Origin: Mobula hypostoma
Lineage: Eukaryota
DNA length: 64,000 bases
Reading direction: 5' to 3'
Assembly: GCF_963921235.1 (NCBI RefSeq)
Contig: NC_086108.1
Location: 33,792,001 to 33,856,000, forward strand
Shown here: positions 39,225-53,500 of the stretch, piece after piece
Numbering within the stretch: the first letter of the stretch is position 1
Layout: each line of letters begins with the position of its first letter
Translations under genes and position numbers: made by a program
Notes under the pieces: generated by a model
The model's database searches: none
Seen by the model: only the letters and a program-made list of their open reading frames with translations
Told to the model about the DNA's origin: nothing

Positions 39225-39665
39225 ATATTGAGTGGCTTGTCATATGGAGAGCATTTGATGGCTCTGGGCCTGTATTCAATATAATTCAGAAGAATGAGGG
39301 GTGACCTCATTGAATCCTATCGAATGGTGAAAGGTCTTGATAAAGTGGACATGGAAAGGATGGTGGTAGAGTCTAAGACCAGAGAACAGAGCCTCAGAAT
39401 AGTGCTTTTAGAATGGAGGTGAGGAGGAATTTCTTTAGCCAGAGTGGTAAATCTGTGGAATTTTGCCACAGGTATCTGTGGAGGCCAAGTATATGTCTAT
39501 TTGAGGCAAAGGTTGATAGATTCTTGATCGGTCAGAGCATGAAGGGATACAGGGAGAAGGCAGAAGATTGGGGCTGAAAGGAAAATTGGATCAGCCATGA
39601 TAAAATGGCGCAGAAGACTCGATAGGCCAAATGGCCGAAATCTGCTCCTATATCTTATGGCCTTC
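39225..39665 (+). mobile_element. CR1 3' fragment
   Basis: GLSYGEHLMALGLYS; stem-loop plus tatatcttatgg tail. Confidence 0.75.
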
Positions 39666-40439
39666 AATTAATGAACAGTTTCAGGGCATTCTAAAGGGGA
39701 TGGTAAACAGCCAGGGGTATATCGTCTCAGCAAAAAGAAAGATAAGAGAATGCTCAAGATGAATAGCGATTTTAGCCAGCTTCCTTGCACAGCATTACAC
39801 TGTCCAAGAAGATATCTTTAAGAAAATGCACAGAACATGTATCTGAGTGCTTCGACTGGGGGACCAAGTGTGCCATAATAGATCAGTACTCTGAAGGGTA
39901 GCACTAAGTGGAGCAGCAGCATGTGACCATAACTAACTAGTTGTTACTCAGTCTCCAACATCACCATTTCCAGCTCCCCCACACATTGCTGTCCATGTTT
40001 TGACAAGGGGGAGTCCACTGACCAAAATGCGAATTGTAGAGTGGGTAAATTAGAAGCTGACTTATTTATAAATGATGAACATCTATATTAAAAATCAATA
40101 TTCAAATGAAGAATTACACCTGATTTTATTTGGTCATGTCAAAATGATCACAAAAAAAGATTGTAGAATAAATAACAAACCATTCTAGTGAAAGCCACAT
40201 TTACTGAGTTTATCTTTGACAATACATTTTAAGGTCCATGGATGTAAACCAATAGTACCAAGATCCCATTAATAATAATAAAGAATGAAGAAAATTAAAT
40301 TTTGTGCCAGTCGTGAAAATTATGAATCGTTTTTAAAACACTACAATAGAAGGTCAAAATAGTTCAGTTTCAAAAAATTACACCTACTTAAGCTAAACTT
40401 CAAAGTTTCCTGTTTTTCTTCCTTTAAGGAGCTCTCAGA

Positions 40440-40715
40440 TTCATACAGCATGGAAACAAGTCCTTTTACACTAAACCACCCATGTACACTAATCCTACAC
40501 TAACCCCAGTCTTTATTCTTCAGCATTCCCATCAAATCTCACCACTATGAACAACTCATTTTCACATTAGGGGCAATTTACAGTGGCCAATTAACCTTAC
40601 CAAACTGCACATCTTTGAGGTATAGAAGGAATCCCAAATGCTCAAAGGGAGAAAAACAGCAGCCAAGTTGAGGAATGATTCCAAACCTCTGGTGCTGTGA
40701 GGCAGCAGCTCTGGT
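40440..40715 (-). mobile_element. Decayed V-SINE/HE1-like SINE with a CR1-type tail
   Basis: Reverse complement gctgctgcctcacagcaccag head; ggccactgtaaattgcccctaa body; CR1-like tail. Confidence 0.55.
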
Positions 40716-41142
40716 AACTCATATCATTCTCATTTTCTAAGTGCAAATCAATCACTGAAATATCTTTAGATTTAACCTGCAATAACAAACTTGGGCAATG
40801 CTCAACCTAAAGTCATACAACTTGGGACATGCACAATAGACAGGAATAAAAATGAGCCTGCAATATTTTAAGTTCAGCAGACCAGGGTCATTATAAGAAA
40901 ACAAACAACAATTCACAGAAATTAATCATAAAAAGTTCAGTTCAAATTATAAACCTTTGTATCAATTAAAGCTCTTCATAAAAATATGTAGTGATTCAAT
41001 ATCACCGTTCAATCGTGAATGGGAAAGAAAAGGGTTGTAATTTTAAAAAAATACAATTTTCCCATGATCCTTCACTCTACACGTTATTTTAATTATTGCA
41101 TGGGAAGGGTTTGAACAACTTCAATTACTGTCAATGCTTTTT

Positions 41143-41148
41143 TTTATT
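41143..41148 (-). promoter_or_regulatory. Candidate UAP1 polyadenylation signal AATAAA
   Basis: First AATAAA I found downstream of the stop, about 330 nt away. Another lies at 40125-40130. Confidence 0.4.
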
Positions 41149-41478
41149 ACACACTGTATAATGAGAGGTAATATTTTTAATATGTGAAATAATATTTTAG
41201 ATCTACAAAAACCGTACCCAGAGAACAAATCTTATCTATAGAAAAAATAATCTTTTTTTCTGTAATGATGCAAGTAATGATTTAAATACCAAAAACTAAA
41301 ATAGTTTACTAAAATATTCTTTCAAAGAAAATAATTCATTTTAAATAATTTAAGAAATTCAGATAAAACTATGACCTCCAATGTTGAACAATGTACAAAT
41401 GGTGCTAACTGGATTTTGCTCCAGTGTTCAAATCCTGTACAATGATAACTTCAAAAGGATCTTCACGGTCTCATTTCT

Positions 41479-41571
41479 TCACAGCCCATTCTTGATCAAT
41501 TCTTGGGCTCCATTTTCATCAATAATCAGGGGAGTACGGAAGTCTCGATTTGCAACGTATTTATCCAGACC
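41479..41571 (-). CDS. UAP1: UAP1 last coding exon
   Basis: gtttcag|[36 protein letters not shown]. Confidence 0.95.
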   Translation of the reverse strand, partial: GLDKYVANRDFRTPLIIDENGAQELIKNGL

Positions 41572-44500
41572 CTGAAACACAAATCTGATTTAGTTCCACC
41601 AATACAATTGTGCATCAATGAACAAAATATTGCCAACATTATGGAACTAAAGAAAAATTCGCAGGAAGTTGTTATGGTTCTATTATTTTTGATTTGAAAT
41701 TAAGCAATTTCAGAAGAATACATCCTTTTAATATACTAGCTGAAAAATCCCAGTCCCAAATAAATCAAACGGTGGTGCCTCAATTGTGTTCCTGGCAGAA
41801 GCAGGCTTACAGTATATTTGAGTTCATAAGAACCGTTAATGCATTCATGTAGTAAGTAAAGGCCAGTATTAAACAGCCTCAGTGGTGGTGGAGAGCTGCA
41901 AAGGGAAGGCAATACATTTTCAACTCCAGGAAATTGCAGGGGAGTCAAGAGATATTTTCCTGTCATTGTCCTTCATAGCAGTGGAGGTTTGGGACATGCT
42001 GTCAGAATAGGCCAGACAAATCAAAAAGCTACAGAACCTATGCCTCTATATCTCCCTCTACAACTAGATCCTTGACTTCCTGACGAGAAGACCACAATCT
42101 GTGCAGATTGGAAATAACATCTCCACTTGGCTGACAATCATATCTGGCACACCCTAGGGGTGTGTGCTTATCTCACTGCTCTATTCTCTCTACACTCAAC
42201 GACTGTGTGGCTAGGTACAGCTCAAATGCCATCTATAAATTTGCTGATGATACGACCATTGTTGGCAGAATTTCGGATGATGACGAAAGGGCGTACAGCA
42301 GCGGGATATACCAGTTAGCTGAGTGGTGTTGTAGCAACAAACTTGCACTAGAAGACAGAAAGATCAAAGAGCTGACTGTGGACTTCAGAAAGGGAAAGAC
42401 AAAGGAAAACAAACAAATCCATATAGAGGGATCGGAAGAGGAGAGAGTGAGCAATTTCAAGTTCCTGGGTGTCACTATCTCTCAGGTCCTAACCTGGACG
42501 CAACATATTATTGCAGCTATAAAGAAGGCAAGACAGTGGTTGTATTTCGTTCGGAATTTGAGATTTGGTTTGCCCACTAAAACACTCGAAAACTTCTACA
42601 AATGTACCGTGGAAAGCATTCTGACTGGCTAATATGCGGGGGGAGGTGGGGTGCTACTGCACCAGATTGAACTAAGTTGCAGAAATTTGTAACATTAGTC
42701 AGCTCCATCATGGGTACTAGCCTCCATAATATCCAAGACAGCTTCAAGGAGCAATGCTTTAGTAAGGCGGCATCCATCATTAAGGATCCCCACCACCCAG
42801 GACATGCCCTCTTCTCATTGTTACCATCGGGAAGGAGGTACAGAAGCCTGAAGGCACACACTCAGCAATTCAGAAACAGCTTCTCCCCCTCTGCCATCTG
42901 ATTTCTAAATGGACATTGAGCCCACGGACACTACCTCACTAATTTTTTTTATTTCCGATTTTTTGCACCTTATTTTAACTCAACTGCTTAATAGACATAT
43001 ATATATACCTACTGTAATTCAGTTTTTCCCTGAACTTATTTATCATATATTTCATTGTACTACTGACATAAAATTAATGAATTTCACGACATATGCTGGT
43101 GATATTAAACTTGATTCTGATTCTGAAATATCATGTATTTTGTAGATTGTACCTCTTGTAGTTGGCAGTGCATTTGTGATGGAGTAAGTACACATTTAGA
43201 TCAATTGACAGTCGTCAAAAATCAAATTGCTTTCTTCTAAATGGTGTGAAGTTTCTTATTGCTGTTGGATTTCCATTCTTCCAAACAACTGGAGTGCAGC
43301 ACAGTGAACTCTCAACCTGTACCCCATTGATGGTGGAAAGACTGTGAATAGTCAGGAGATAACTACTCATTGTAATTGTCCGGTTTCTGAGTGGGGTTCC
43401 TGTTGCTACTCCGGCTTCACTTATTAAATATCTGGGCAATAGCGATTTCCAGAAAGAAGATAGTGAAGGAATTAGTAATTGGATGTCACTGCAGTATATA
43501 TAATAGCACATGCCCAAATGTGTAACGTCTTTTTATGTGCAGTCATACACTATGTTGTTATGTGTAGAACTCTGAATGGAACAGATCACAGAATCAGACA
43601 TCATCACCATTTTCAAACATACAATGGAGGATAAGTCAAAGATGAAGCAACTGAAAATGGATGGTCTAAGAACGGAGGCGGGGGGGGGCACAATGACAAT
43701 TGACTTCCATTAATCACAACACCTTCCTTTATGCAAGGTTTGACAATGGTCAGTGCAGGGATAGTTTTTCCCTTTGCTTCGCACCGACTTTGCACATTTC
43801 AAGTTCTATATAGTGGACCACTACTAAGAGCAAAAAAAAATTATTTTTGAGAAATATGCATTAAGAAAAAGAATAAGGAGATAGTGATAAATAGAATAAG
43901 CTTTCTAGGGGAGTGCTGGGGAGTGCATGTTATCAGGGACAGAGATTGAGTTCGATGAATGGGAAGTCCAGGATATACAAGAAGTCAAGACTTCGAGGTT
44001 CAGTTAAGGAAAGAGGAAACAGGAATTGGGGTGGTACATTCATTGTACAGAAGCCTCAGGACCCACACCACCAGATTCAGTTCAGGAACAGTTATTACCC
44101 CTCAACCATCAGTCTCTTGAACCAGAGGGAGCACTTCACCGCACCGCATCACTGAACTGTTCCCAAAACCTATAGACTCACATTCAAGGACTCTTTTATC
44201 TCATGTTCTTGATATTTATTGCTTATTTATTATTATTATTATTTTCTTTTTTTGTCTTTGTATTTGCAAGGTTTGTTGTCTTTTGCATACTGGCTGCCTA
44301 ATTTATTAGGTACGGTCTTCCATTGATTCTATAGTGTTTCTATGTATTTACTAAGAATGCCCGCAAGAAAATTAATCTCAGGGCTGTATATGGTGACATA
44401 TATGAACCTTGATAATAAATTTACTTTGAACATTGTATTAAGATAATGTTCTTGGGTATTGAAGCCAAGAGTAAGCTTTGGTTCAGGGGGGAATGGGGTA

Positions 44501-47500
44501 GGATGGTATAAAATGAATACTAAACTAAGTGAAGGAGGAAGTTTAGTCTGATAGGAGAAAGCACAGACTTTTTCAGCAGACAGGATATACGCCTCTGCTG
44601 CCATCTCATTCTAGTAAAATTATCCTTTACCCAACATGGATCTTAGGAACAACTTATAAATTTGACATTGAGTCAAAGTTGGTATAAGCCATGACTCCAA
44701 TACACAGTGCTGATGAATGCCCTTGCTCTTGTTACCCATGCTATTCTAACCTGCCTACCTGGATCCCATTTTCTTTTTTTTTTGTAATTTATTTTTTTAT
44801 TGAATTTCATCAAACGTTTGCAAAAGATGTATTTCAGATACTGTACATATATATCATATAATCGTATTTGTCACAAATCTCCACATAATATTTATCTGAG
44901 GTATACACTTATAGAAAGGAAAGAAACAATCGAAAGAAGAAAACTATGTACAGAGTAGGGAGTGTTCTTTTTTTACAACATATTTGTTGACTAGTGAGAA
45001 TAAACATAAGATATGTATTTTCCAAAATACTTCACAAGTGGATGAAACAAAATAGGATCGAGAACAGGATAAACCTAGGGAGTTCAGGACACCAGATGAA
45101 CCTTCCCAGCCAGAGTTCTTCACATTGCTTCACCTGAGAAGCACTGCATAGCACAATTTTTGTAGGAGTGGTAAGTCAGCCAGTAATAAGGTTACATAAG
45201 TATTTATTTATTATGCATTCTGGGGGTAACTGAATCAAATGACATGCATCATAAATGTGCTGGATTTTGTTGGCTACTCAGATGGACAAACTGGTCATTT
45301 TGCCCTAGCAGCAGAGCAGTCTTGCTGGAATTTCCCTGAACTACCCTCCAAAATCACACAGCAGATATTACCTGCATAAGATTCAAGACCCCAAAGGTCA
45401 GGAGACAATTTTGCTTCTGCTCTAAATGTTTTGCGCATATAAATTTTACAGAACTATTTGTAGTAATTACAGCTTTATATATTCAAAGCACCATTCAAAC
45501 TTTCCTGGCAATAAAAAGACAGTGGGGCAATATTAAAGGAGCAGCTTCTTCCCTGTATTATCAAAAAACTCTATTCCCACCCAGAAATGCTGCTTTACTT
45601 TGGGGTGCAGAAAGTCAGTGAAAATGCTTTTCCGCATCCAGACCATATAGGCTTAGAAGTGGGAGAACAATGGGCCATAAATCCAGTACAGAGACTAGGC
45701 CATCACATGCTCAAAAGTAGTGACAATGGCAGATTCCATAATGAACAATTCCCTTCAGAGTTCATCAGATAACAAAGTAGTATATGGCTATGAAAAAAAA
45801 ACAGAGCAATTGGGCATGGGTTAATAAACAAATTGCAATGATATTCGATTGCCAACACCTCCAGTCCTGGAATTCCCCATTGAGCTGAAATTTAACATAT
45901 GCATCCCAGCTGACGCAAGAACCAGCCAGAAACTGGATATCTTGCAAGGAGTGTCTTATTTCCTGACTACTCCCTGTCAATGAAGTAAAAGTTAGGAGCA
46001 TTGTTCACAACCTTCCCATTGTCTGGAAGTGCAAATCCAATAACCGTATGGCAGCTTACACCATTTAGAACAAAGCAACTTGATTGATTGACAGCCAGTC
46101 CACTGCTCTGTAGATTTATTTATTCCATCATCAATGCACTGCTACTATAGGTATTGTTTATGAATGACACTTCAGAAGATTGTCCAGCCAATTCTGGTCT
46201 AGTTTTATATCTCCAGCTTTCACTGAGATGTGTAATTCATCTTAATGAATCACCACAATCAGACAGCAAAAATAATTTTCTCATAAATCCTTTAGGCAAA
46301 AAGCTCCAGAATTCTGACTGTGAGGCTAGGAATAGTAATTTAAAAGTCAGGTTGGTGGGCAATTTTCTGGTAATCTTGGAAGTGGTGAGTATCTCTATAC
46401 CTGCTACACTGATTTTTCAATTGTCTTTTGGAGCTGATGCTAAAGACTCAGTGAATTAAAGGGCATTCTGAAGCCAAAGATTCAAAGCCTTTTCACCACT
46501 TCACCAGATACAAATGGGGAGTATCATGGAACACTTGTAACTGAACTGATGAGTGCAGTTCAACAGCAAATGGGGCAAACCAGCCCCCTTCCACCATCCT
46601 AATCATTCATTGACTGCACTCCTGGTACACTATCACTGGAACCTGCATTACTTTTGGAATACACCACAGTAACTTGCCACGGTTTCTTCAGCAATATCTC
46701 CTAATTTCAAACTTTACCACCCGAAGGGGCAAGGGAGTGATACCACATGCAAGTTCTTCTTCAAGTCTACTGCTAGCATTCACTGTTAAAGCTATCTGCT
46801 TAAGTCCCTCCATGATAGCACAATAAGGGTAGCTTCACTACACAGATTGTAACAAATCAAGATAAAGTTCACTACCATCTTCAAGGGCAAATTGATTTAC
46901 TGGTTTTTATAATTATGCCCATGTCCAGTAAATTAAATAAAACATCACAAAAAAATGGTCCCAAACATGAAGCAAGCCACAGAAGAAATAAACTATACTT
47001 AGCAGATATCTGTCCATTGTATGTTTGGAATGTGCTCTTCACCACAATAAATATTTACTAAGTTAATAGGTCATTGAAGGCTCACTGATCAGAAATGTTT
47101 TCAAATCTGGAATTTCTCAGCCTTAAGAATCTTCTAGACTAAATACCATACTGTTTGTAGCAGCTTGGAATAACTGACCAACAATGTCACTGCAGGATCT
47201 GAAGGACCCCCTCTTCCACACTCTACAAGACTCACCTCTCCAGCATAAGATACAAGTGCAGAAATTTCACATTTGATTGGAAGATCTGTCAACTCCTTCA
47301 GACTGAAAAGTAAAATTCAATCTTCAGCAACTTAAAAAACATTCAGTCAGCAAATGCAAGTCTCCTTAGAATCTATTCACCACCCTACACAAAACAGCAT
47401 CAATAATTCATAGTGAATCTCAATAAATTTCATAATACTTTTGGTCAAATTAAGATTTAAGATTACATTTTTTTTTAGGTTAGTGGTTGTATTACCACAA

Positions 47501-50500
47501 AATGTCACTTGTTTCATGTGATGTGACAATGAAGTATCTATTGTGAAAGGCAAGATTTAATCTAATCACTCTGGATCAATTGCAGCAAAATTGGCCTATA
47601 AGGTTCAAAACTCATGTTGTAGATTAACTGAGATCTTCTACATAATGGACCAAAACCTCAGAATAGTGAATAGAGAAAAAATTTTGCATGGAACATATCA
47701 AATCAGCTAACATTTTATAATAATGTCCAATAACATTGTACGTCATTTAACCTAAGTATTCAGTTACAATAAATATGCCTTGTAGGTTGAAGGTATTCAA
47801 GCCAATTTCTAAACCTGGAAGTAAAGATTGTGATTGGAAGAACCATCAGCACATTTGTGAGCAAATTCACTCTCAGTTAACTTTGTAATCAATGTGCTCT
47901 AATTCAGTTTTCTATTCTATTATCCCTAATAATAATGGAATAAAAGACAACAATTTTAAAATAATTTAATTAATAGTGGATAGATTCTTTAGAAGACATA
48001 GCACCGCTTAATTAAATGCCCCAAACCATCCACCAATACTTTAGTTAACATGCTAAAGATATTCATGCATGCAAACCTTGTTTTGTGTTAGTATGTGCCT
48101 TTTCATCACTCATCTAATAAGATTAGTATTTACCTGAAACTGCCAATGTCTAAACCCTGACGATACTTTTAAGGGATACAGACATGAACTATTTCTTAGG
48201 CTCAATGACATTGTGCAGTCAATTAGCATTTCAGATATAGGAAAAAAACGTTTTGGAAACAATAACACAAAAAAAAAATCAATGAAATATTTCCATGGTT
48301 TTAGGAGTGAGTGTACAGTATATCCAGAAATGGATCAATATTAAACAGCAAATTAAAAGAAAACTAAAGTACAAAAATTCTCAAACTTAGAACTAAATGT
48401 AAAATGGAACTAAATTGGTTTTTATCTCCTAATGTTTTAAAAGGCAGTCTGGCTAAGTACAAAGCAACTTCACATTATTTTTGTTTACAAGAGATACAAT
48501 GACCTATAAAGAATACAAAATCGGATCAGGTGGTGACTAACCCTCACATTCCAATTCATTTATAATGTAGCTGCAAGAAAACCTCCATTCTACTGCTGTT
48601 AAGAGTTCTTTTAAAATTTCCTTGAAAGCTAACTTATATTGGAGGGACAATACATTTATGCTTACTTAACAAATAAATTAGACTCTATACAAATAACAAC
48701 TACAATTCTAACTTTGATATGTTTCCAAAGTATAATATTACTAACTATTCCAGTGAACCAAAATACTACATTTAAACATATAACCCCACCTCCCAAGAAA
48801 ACTCATGTTTTCCATTGAGCTTTTACACACTGGCAGTAAGTACATAGTGGCAAGTATTCCCCTTCAGTCTACAGTGTTTTGCTTTTAGTCAGTAGCAAAG
48901 CAGCAATGACCCATCACCATGCATTAAACTGAACCCAAAATATTTACTTGTCATTGACAACAGCAGTGACTGCCTCTGACATTCCAGTTGCCGAACTGCC
49001 ACATGGGAAGAAAGAGCGAGTTAATGGGAAAATAAAATGCAACAAAACCATAAAAGTTACAAATGAATGTGGGACCAAAATAAAAATAAACAAAGCTACT
49101 ATGTATAAAATGCATTTAAATTTTAGATGTGAATTTTTATAGATTTTAAAAGACTGATGAAAGATGGATAACATCACTTTTCAATCTACAAATTTCTCCT
49201 CTATTCAAATAAAAGCAAAACAGGATTATAAGATAAACTGGCTCGTCTATTTTCTAAATCAACATTAAATTAGTTGACTCACCATACACAATTCATAGAG
49301 ACCTCGAACATGATGTGGATATCATAACAATCATGACATCATAACATAAATAACTAAATAGCACTTTGTTTTCTATGAATGCTCTGTAATAACTATTATT
49401 TTTTCGAGATTATACTGTATTAATTTTTATCAATTAAATCAGGAGCCAAAACATGCATAAATATAAACATTTGGGGAAACAAAACTAAAAATGTTTTTGT
49501 GTTCACTAACATAACAAAATGGAAATGTGAAATTTAAATTTATATGAAAACACAAGGAAAATCTTAAGTAAAAACATACATAAGTATTGTATTATTAATT
49601 TCTTTCCTCTCTTTAGTAAAGTCATGAAGGCTACGACATTGAAAATCTACTTTCAGCTCATTGTTAAATTGTAATAAAAAGCAGCCAGACATCACATGAG
49701 AAACATTTTATATGATAAATGAAAAATAAATGGGAAATTAAACATAAATAAATTCTGAATGTAATTATTTATTTCAATGTCATCTATAACAATTAGACTT
49801 TATGTGAGAACTACAGCGATGACAAATACTTAGGAAATGGAAGGGAGCAAAGCATAGTGGAAGATTTCAATTAGGAGCGAAGTTGTGGTAAGCAAATTGA
49901 TGGAGCTGAAGACTAACAAACTCCAGGTCCTGAAGAACTTCATCTTAGAATCTTAAAACGAGTGGCCAATGAGATGGATAATGTAGTTACAAGAGATGGC
50001 AGACGCTGTAATTTGGAGCAAAAAGGAAGCTACTGAAGGAACTCTGCAGGTCAAGCAGCATTTGTGCAGGGAAATGGACAAGTGTTGTTTCTGGTTGAGA
50101 TCCTTCATCTGCACTGCAAAGTTAGAGGGCAGATAGCCTGTATAAATGAGGTGAGGAGAAGGCTTGAAGCAAGAGCTGGCAAGCAAAAGGTGGATCCAGG
50201 TGAGAGAGGATAACTGGCGGTGGCGGATAGGGGAGGAAAGGGTGGTCATAGTCAGAGGGGCAGAAAGGTGATATGTGAAAATAAGAAGATGCAGGTTATG
50301 GAATCTGATAAGAAAGCAAGGTGGAGTGGAACCAAATAAGGGAGATCTGTGATGTAGTACAGAGCTCTGCAACACCTTGGCAAAAATAAATTTAGTACGT
50401 TAGGTACTTGAGCAGTCAGGGTAGCTTACAAAATGTTATCATTTGTTGCTAGGCCAACTGAATACAATTAAAAGTAGAGAAGTTATGCTACATTTAAATA

Positions 50501-53500
50501 GGACATGGTTGAAACCACATCTGGAGTACAATATACTGCATATGGTGTCCTTAATTAAGGGAGGATGGGAAAGCACTGGAAGCAGATACTGTTTCGTACT
50601 GGAATGGACGAGTTGCCTTATGAGGCAAATCTTTAAACACATAATCAGAAAATAAAAGATGCTGCTAGATTGGACAAGGAGAGGATATTTCTAGGGATCA
50701 CTGTTCAAAAAGATAGAAATGGCCCATATAAAATAGAGATGAAGCTAAAGTTTTTACTCTCAAAGGATCATGAATCTTTCAAACTGTTCCTCAAGTGCGA
50801 TGGAAGAAGAGGTAGAGATAAACAAATACTTACTAAGGCTATAGGTAGGATTGGGAAGTTGAGGTTATAATTAAGTCAACCATGATCTTATTGAATATTA
50901 GGGCAGAAAAACCTGCTTCTATTCTACATGTTTGCGTATTCCTACCTTAAATTTTCCATTGCTGACATTTTAAACATATTTATTGCCATTTATTTCAGCT
51001 GTTAAAAGGTAATGTCAATCAGAAAACCTAGATTACTAACTATTCAAATTATTTGTGGTACATAACCAGTGAAGCTAACTGAAAAGCAGCAACTCAATTT
51101 CAGGGGTTTGATTTGAGCTACAAACTAATTAACTTAAATTTCTACTTTTCACATTCCATAAGTTTCTGCTTCAGATAATGAAATGCATGTATTGAATAAT
51201 CCTGTTGTTACAATAATGTGATGACATGGCAACACAATATGTTGGGTGTTTCCTTAAGCCATTTGGCAGAAAACCCAGAAAAATTCTTGTTGCTTCTTTT
51301 TAATTTTGGGATCAGCAAATGAGAAACAAGTTTAAAAAAAAACAGAATTTTAAAAATCATGATCTTTAACTTTAAAAATGTTGATTTTTTTCTCAGAATG
51401 TAGCATTGCTGATGCTAGCATTTATTGACTCTCCCTAAATAGCCATGCAAGAACTTGTCAAATCACTGCAATCCATCTGCAGGAAGTCCTTCCAATCTAT
51501 ACTTGAATTGGCTGATAAGAATTTTGACCTAGTCACAAACTATGTAAACTGATGTATACCTACATCAACCTGGTATGTATTTGGAAAGAAACCCAAATGT
51601 GGTATGTAGACTTAGTTTGCATCTTCTTGATGGTAGAACTTGTAGATTTAAGAACTGCTATTAAAGAAAGGTAAAATTAATTGTAGATCCTCATTTAAAT
51701 GCATACCTGGGAATTGCAGGAATCCTTGTTCCATTTTCATCAACGAAGTGACCACCTGCATTTAGAACCCAGCGATGGTGGAGAGACATCAATGCATGGC
51801 GAGCCGTTGTTGGTGTATCTTTCCCATCCTGACTATCTGCATTCTTCAGTGGAGAAAACTCATCCTCTCGTAAGACTTCAAATGTTACAAATTTCCTATG
51901 AAAATATATGCGATTATATGACTCTGAAACTAAAGATACTAAATTCCTACACAGAAAATGAGCATAAATATATCCCAAAATATCCAGTGGTAATACTGCA
52001 TACATTTCTTGTTAGCTTGCTTTTATCCAAGCAAGTCATTTTTCTCCTTTATTTAAGAGATTGATAAAACTTACAATACATTACTCAACTTATTTGGTTT
52101 GATGAGGAATGGATGCTTATAAGTTTCAAAGAGTAACCAAACAAAAACTGTATTCCTGGTTATCAATCCTGGACCTCAGTGGTTAATATATTCCTTTAAA
52201 AAAGTAACAGATGAAGTCTGCATCCCTCAAGCTAAGTGGAACATAAGAATGGAAAAGAATTCCAATAAAATGATAGATGAGATGTATATATTTGCAACAC
52301 ACTGATGCAGTTAAAATGGTGGCATGACAGCGGCTATACAGTATTTCATTAGAAGTTTGAGGAGATTTGCTAGGTCACTAAAGATACTCGTAAATTTCTA
52401 CAGATGTACCGTGGAAAGCATTCTAACAGGTTGCATCACCATTTGGTAAAGGGGAGGGGGGCTGGGAGGAGGGCACTGCATAGGATTGAAATAAGCTGTA
52501 GAAACTTGCAAACTCAGTCAGCTCCATCCTGGGCACTAGCCTCACCAGCATCCAGTACATCTTCAAGCAGTGGTGCCTCAGAAAGGCAGCATCCATCATT
52601 AACAACCCCCATGCCCCAGGACATGCCTTCTTTTCATCACTAACATCATGGAAGAAGCCTGAAGGAACACATTCAATGATTCAGGAATAGCTTATTCCGC
52701 TCTGCCATCAGATTTCTGAATGGACATTGAACCCATGAACACTACCTCACTACTTTTTTCTCTCTTTTTGCACTACTTATTTAATATAACTTTTATATAT
52801 TATATACATTTCTCACTGTAATTTATAGATTTTATCACGTATTGCAAAGTACTGCTGCCACATGCCACATAACAACAAATTTCACAACATATGCCAGTTA
52901 TATCAAAACTGTTTCTGATATGCCCTGGATAAATAACATCCTATAAAAGGCTAATGCTACACAAACAGAATGCTAGTGGTTACTGCAGACACCAGTATGA
53001 TCTCCAAAAGTAAACTCGCATCATAGTGATACAGTGTTCCAAGCAGTAAGAAAAACACATTCACTTCGGAACATTAACCTTTGAAATGGGAAGAGCAACA
53101 TTTGCCCAAATGCTAATTACCTTCTACCAGCAATAAGGGTGGTTAAAAGAAATCTAGATTGAATCACCAAGCGGGAAATCCAAGAAAGGGTTATCATATT
53201 CCTCCCACTAAAAGTCTGCTTCCCCATCTGGAAGCAAAAATTAATAGTTATGGGAAAAAAGTAATATTTTAAAATATCCCTGGTATATTGTACAGCAACA
53301 TAAAGATGTGGCTTTGGATATACAAAGACACATAAACAATAGTGCATCACAGCATTTGGCTGGTGATCTAACACTGGAAAACTACATCCATATCCAGAAT
53401 GGATTCTCAACACCAGTGAGAATAGTGGATGCAGGAGTGGAGAAAGGATTTAAGAGAGATACGCCTTAAATCTAGCATGAGAATCATGATGCACCGTATA

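Noticed and set aside
48134..48170. CAG|GTAAAT donor-like site on minus next to the QKI motifs (possible extra micro-exon)
   Set aside because: No convincing polypyrimidine tract or acceptor, and no recognisable peptide.
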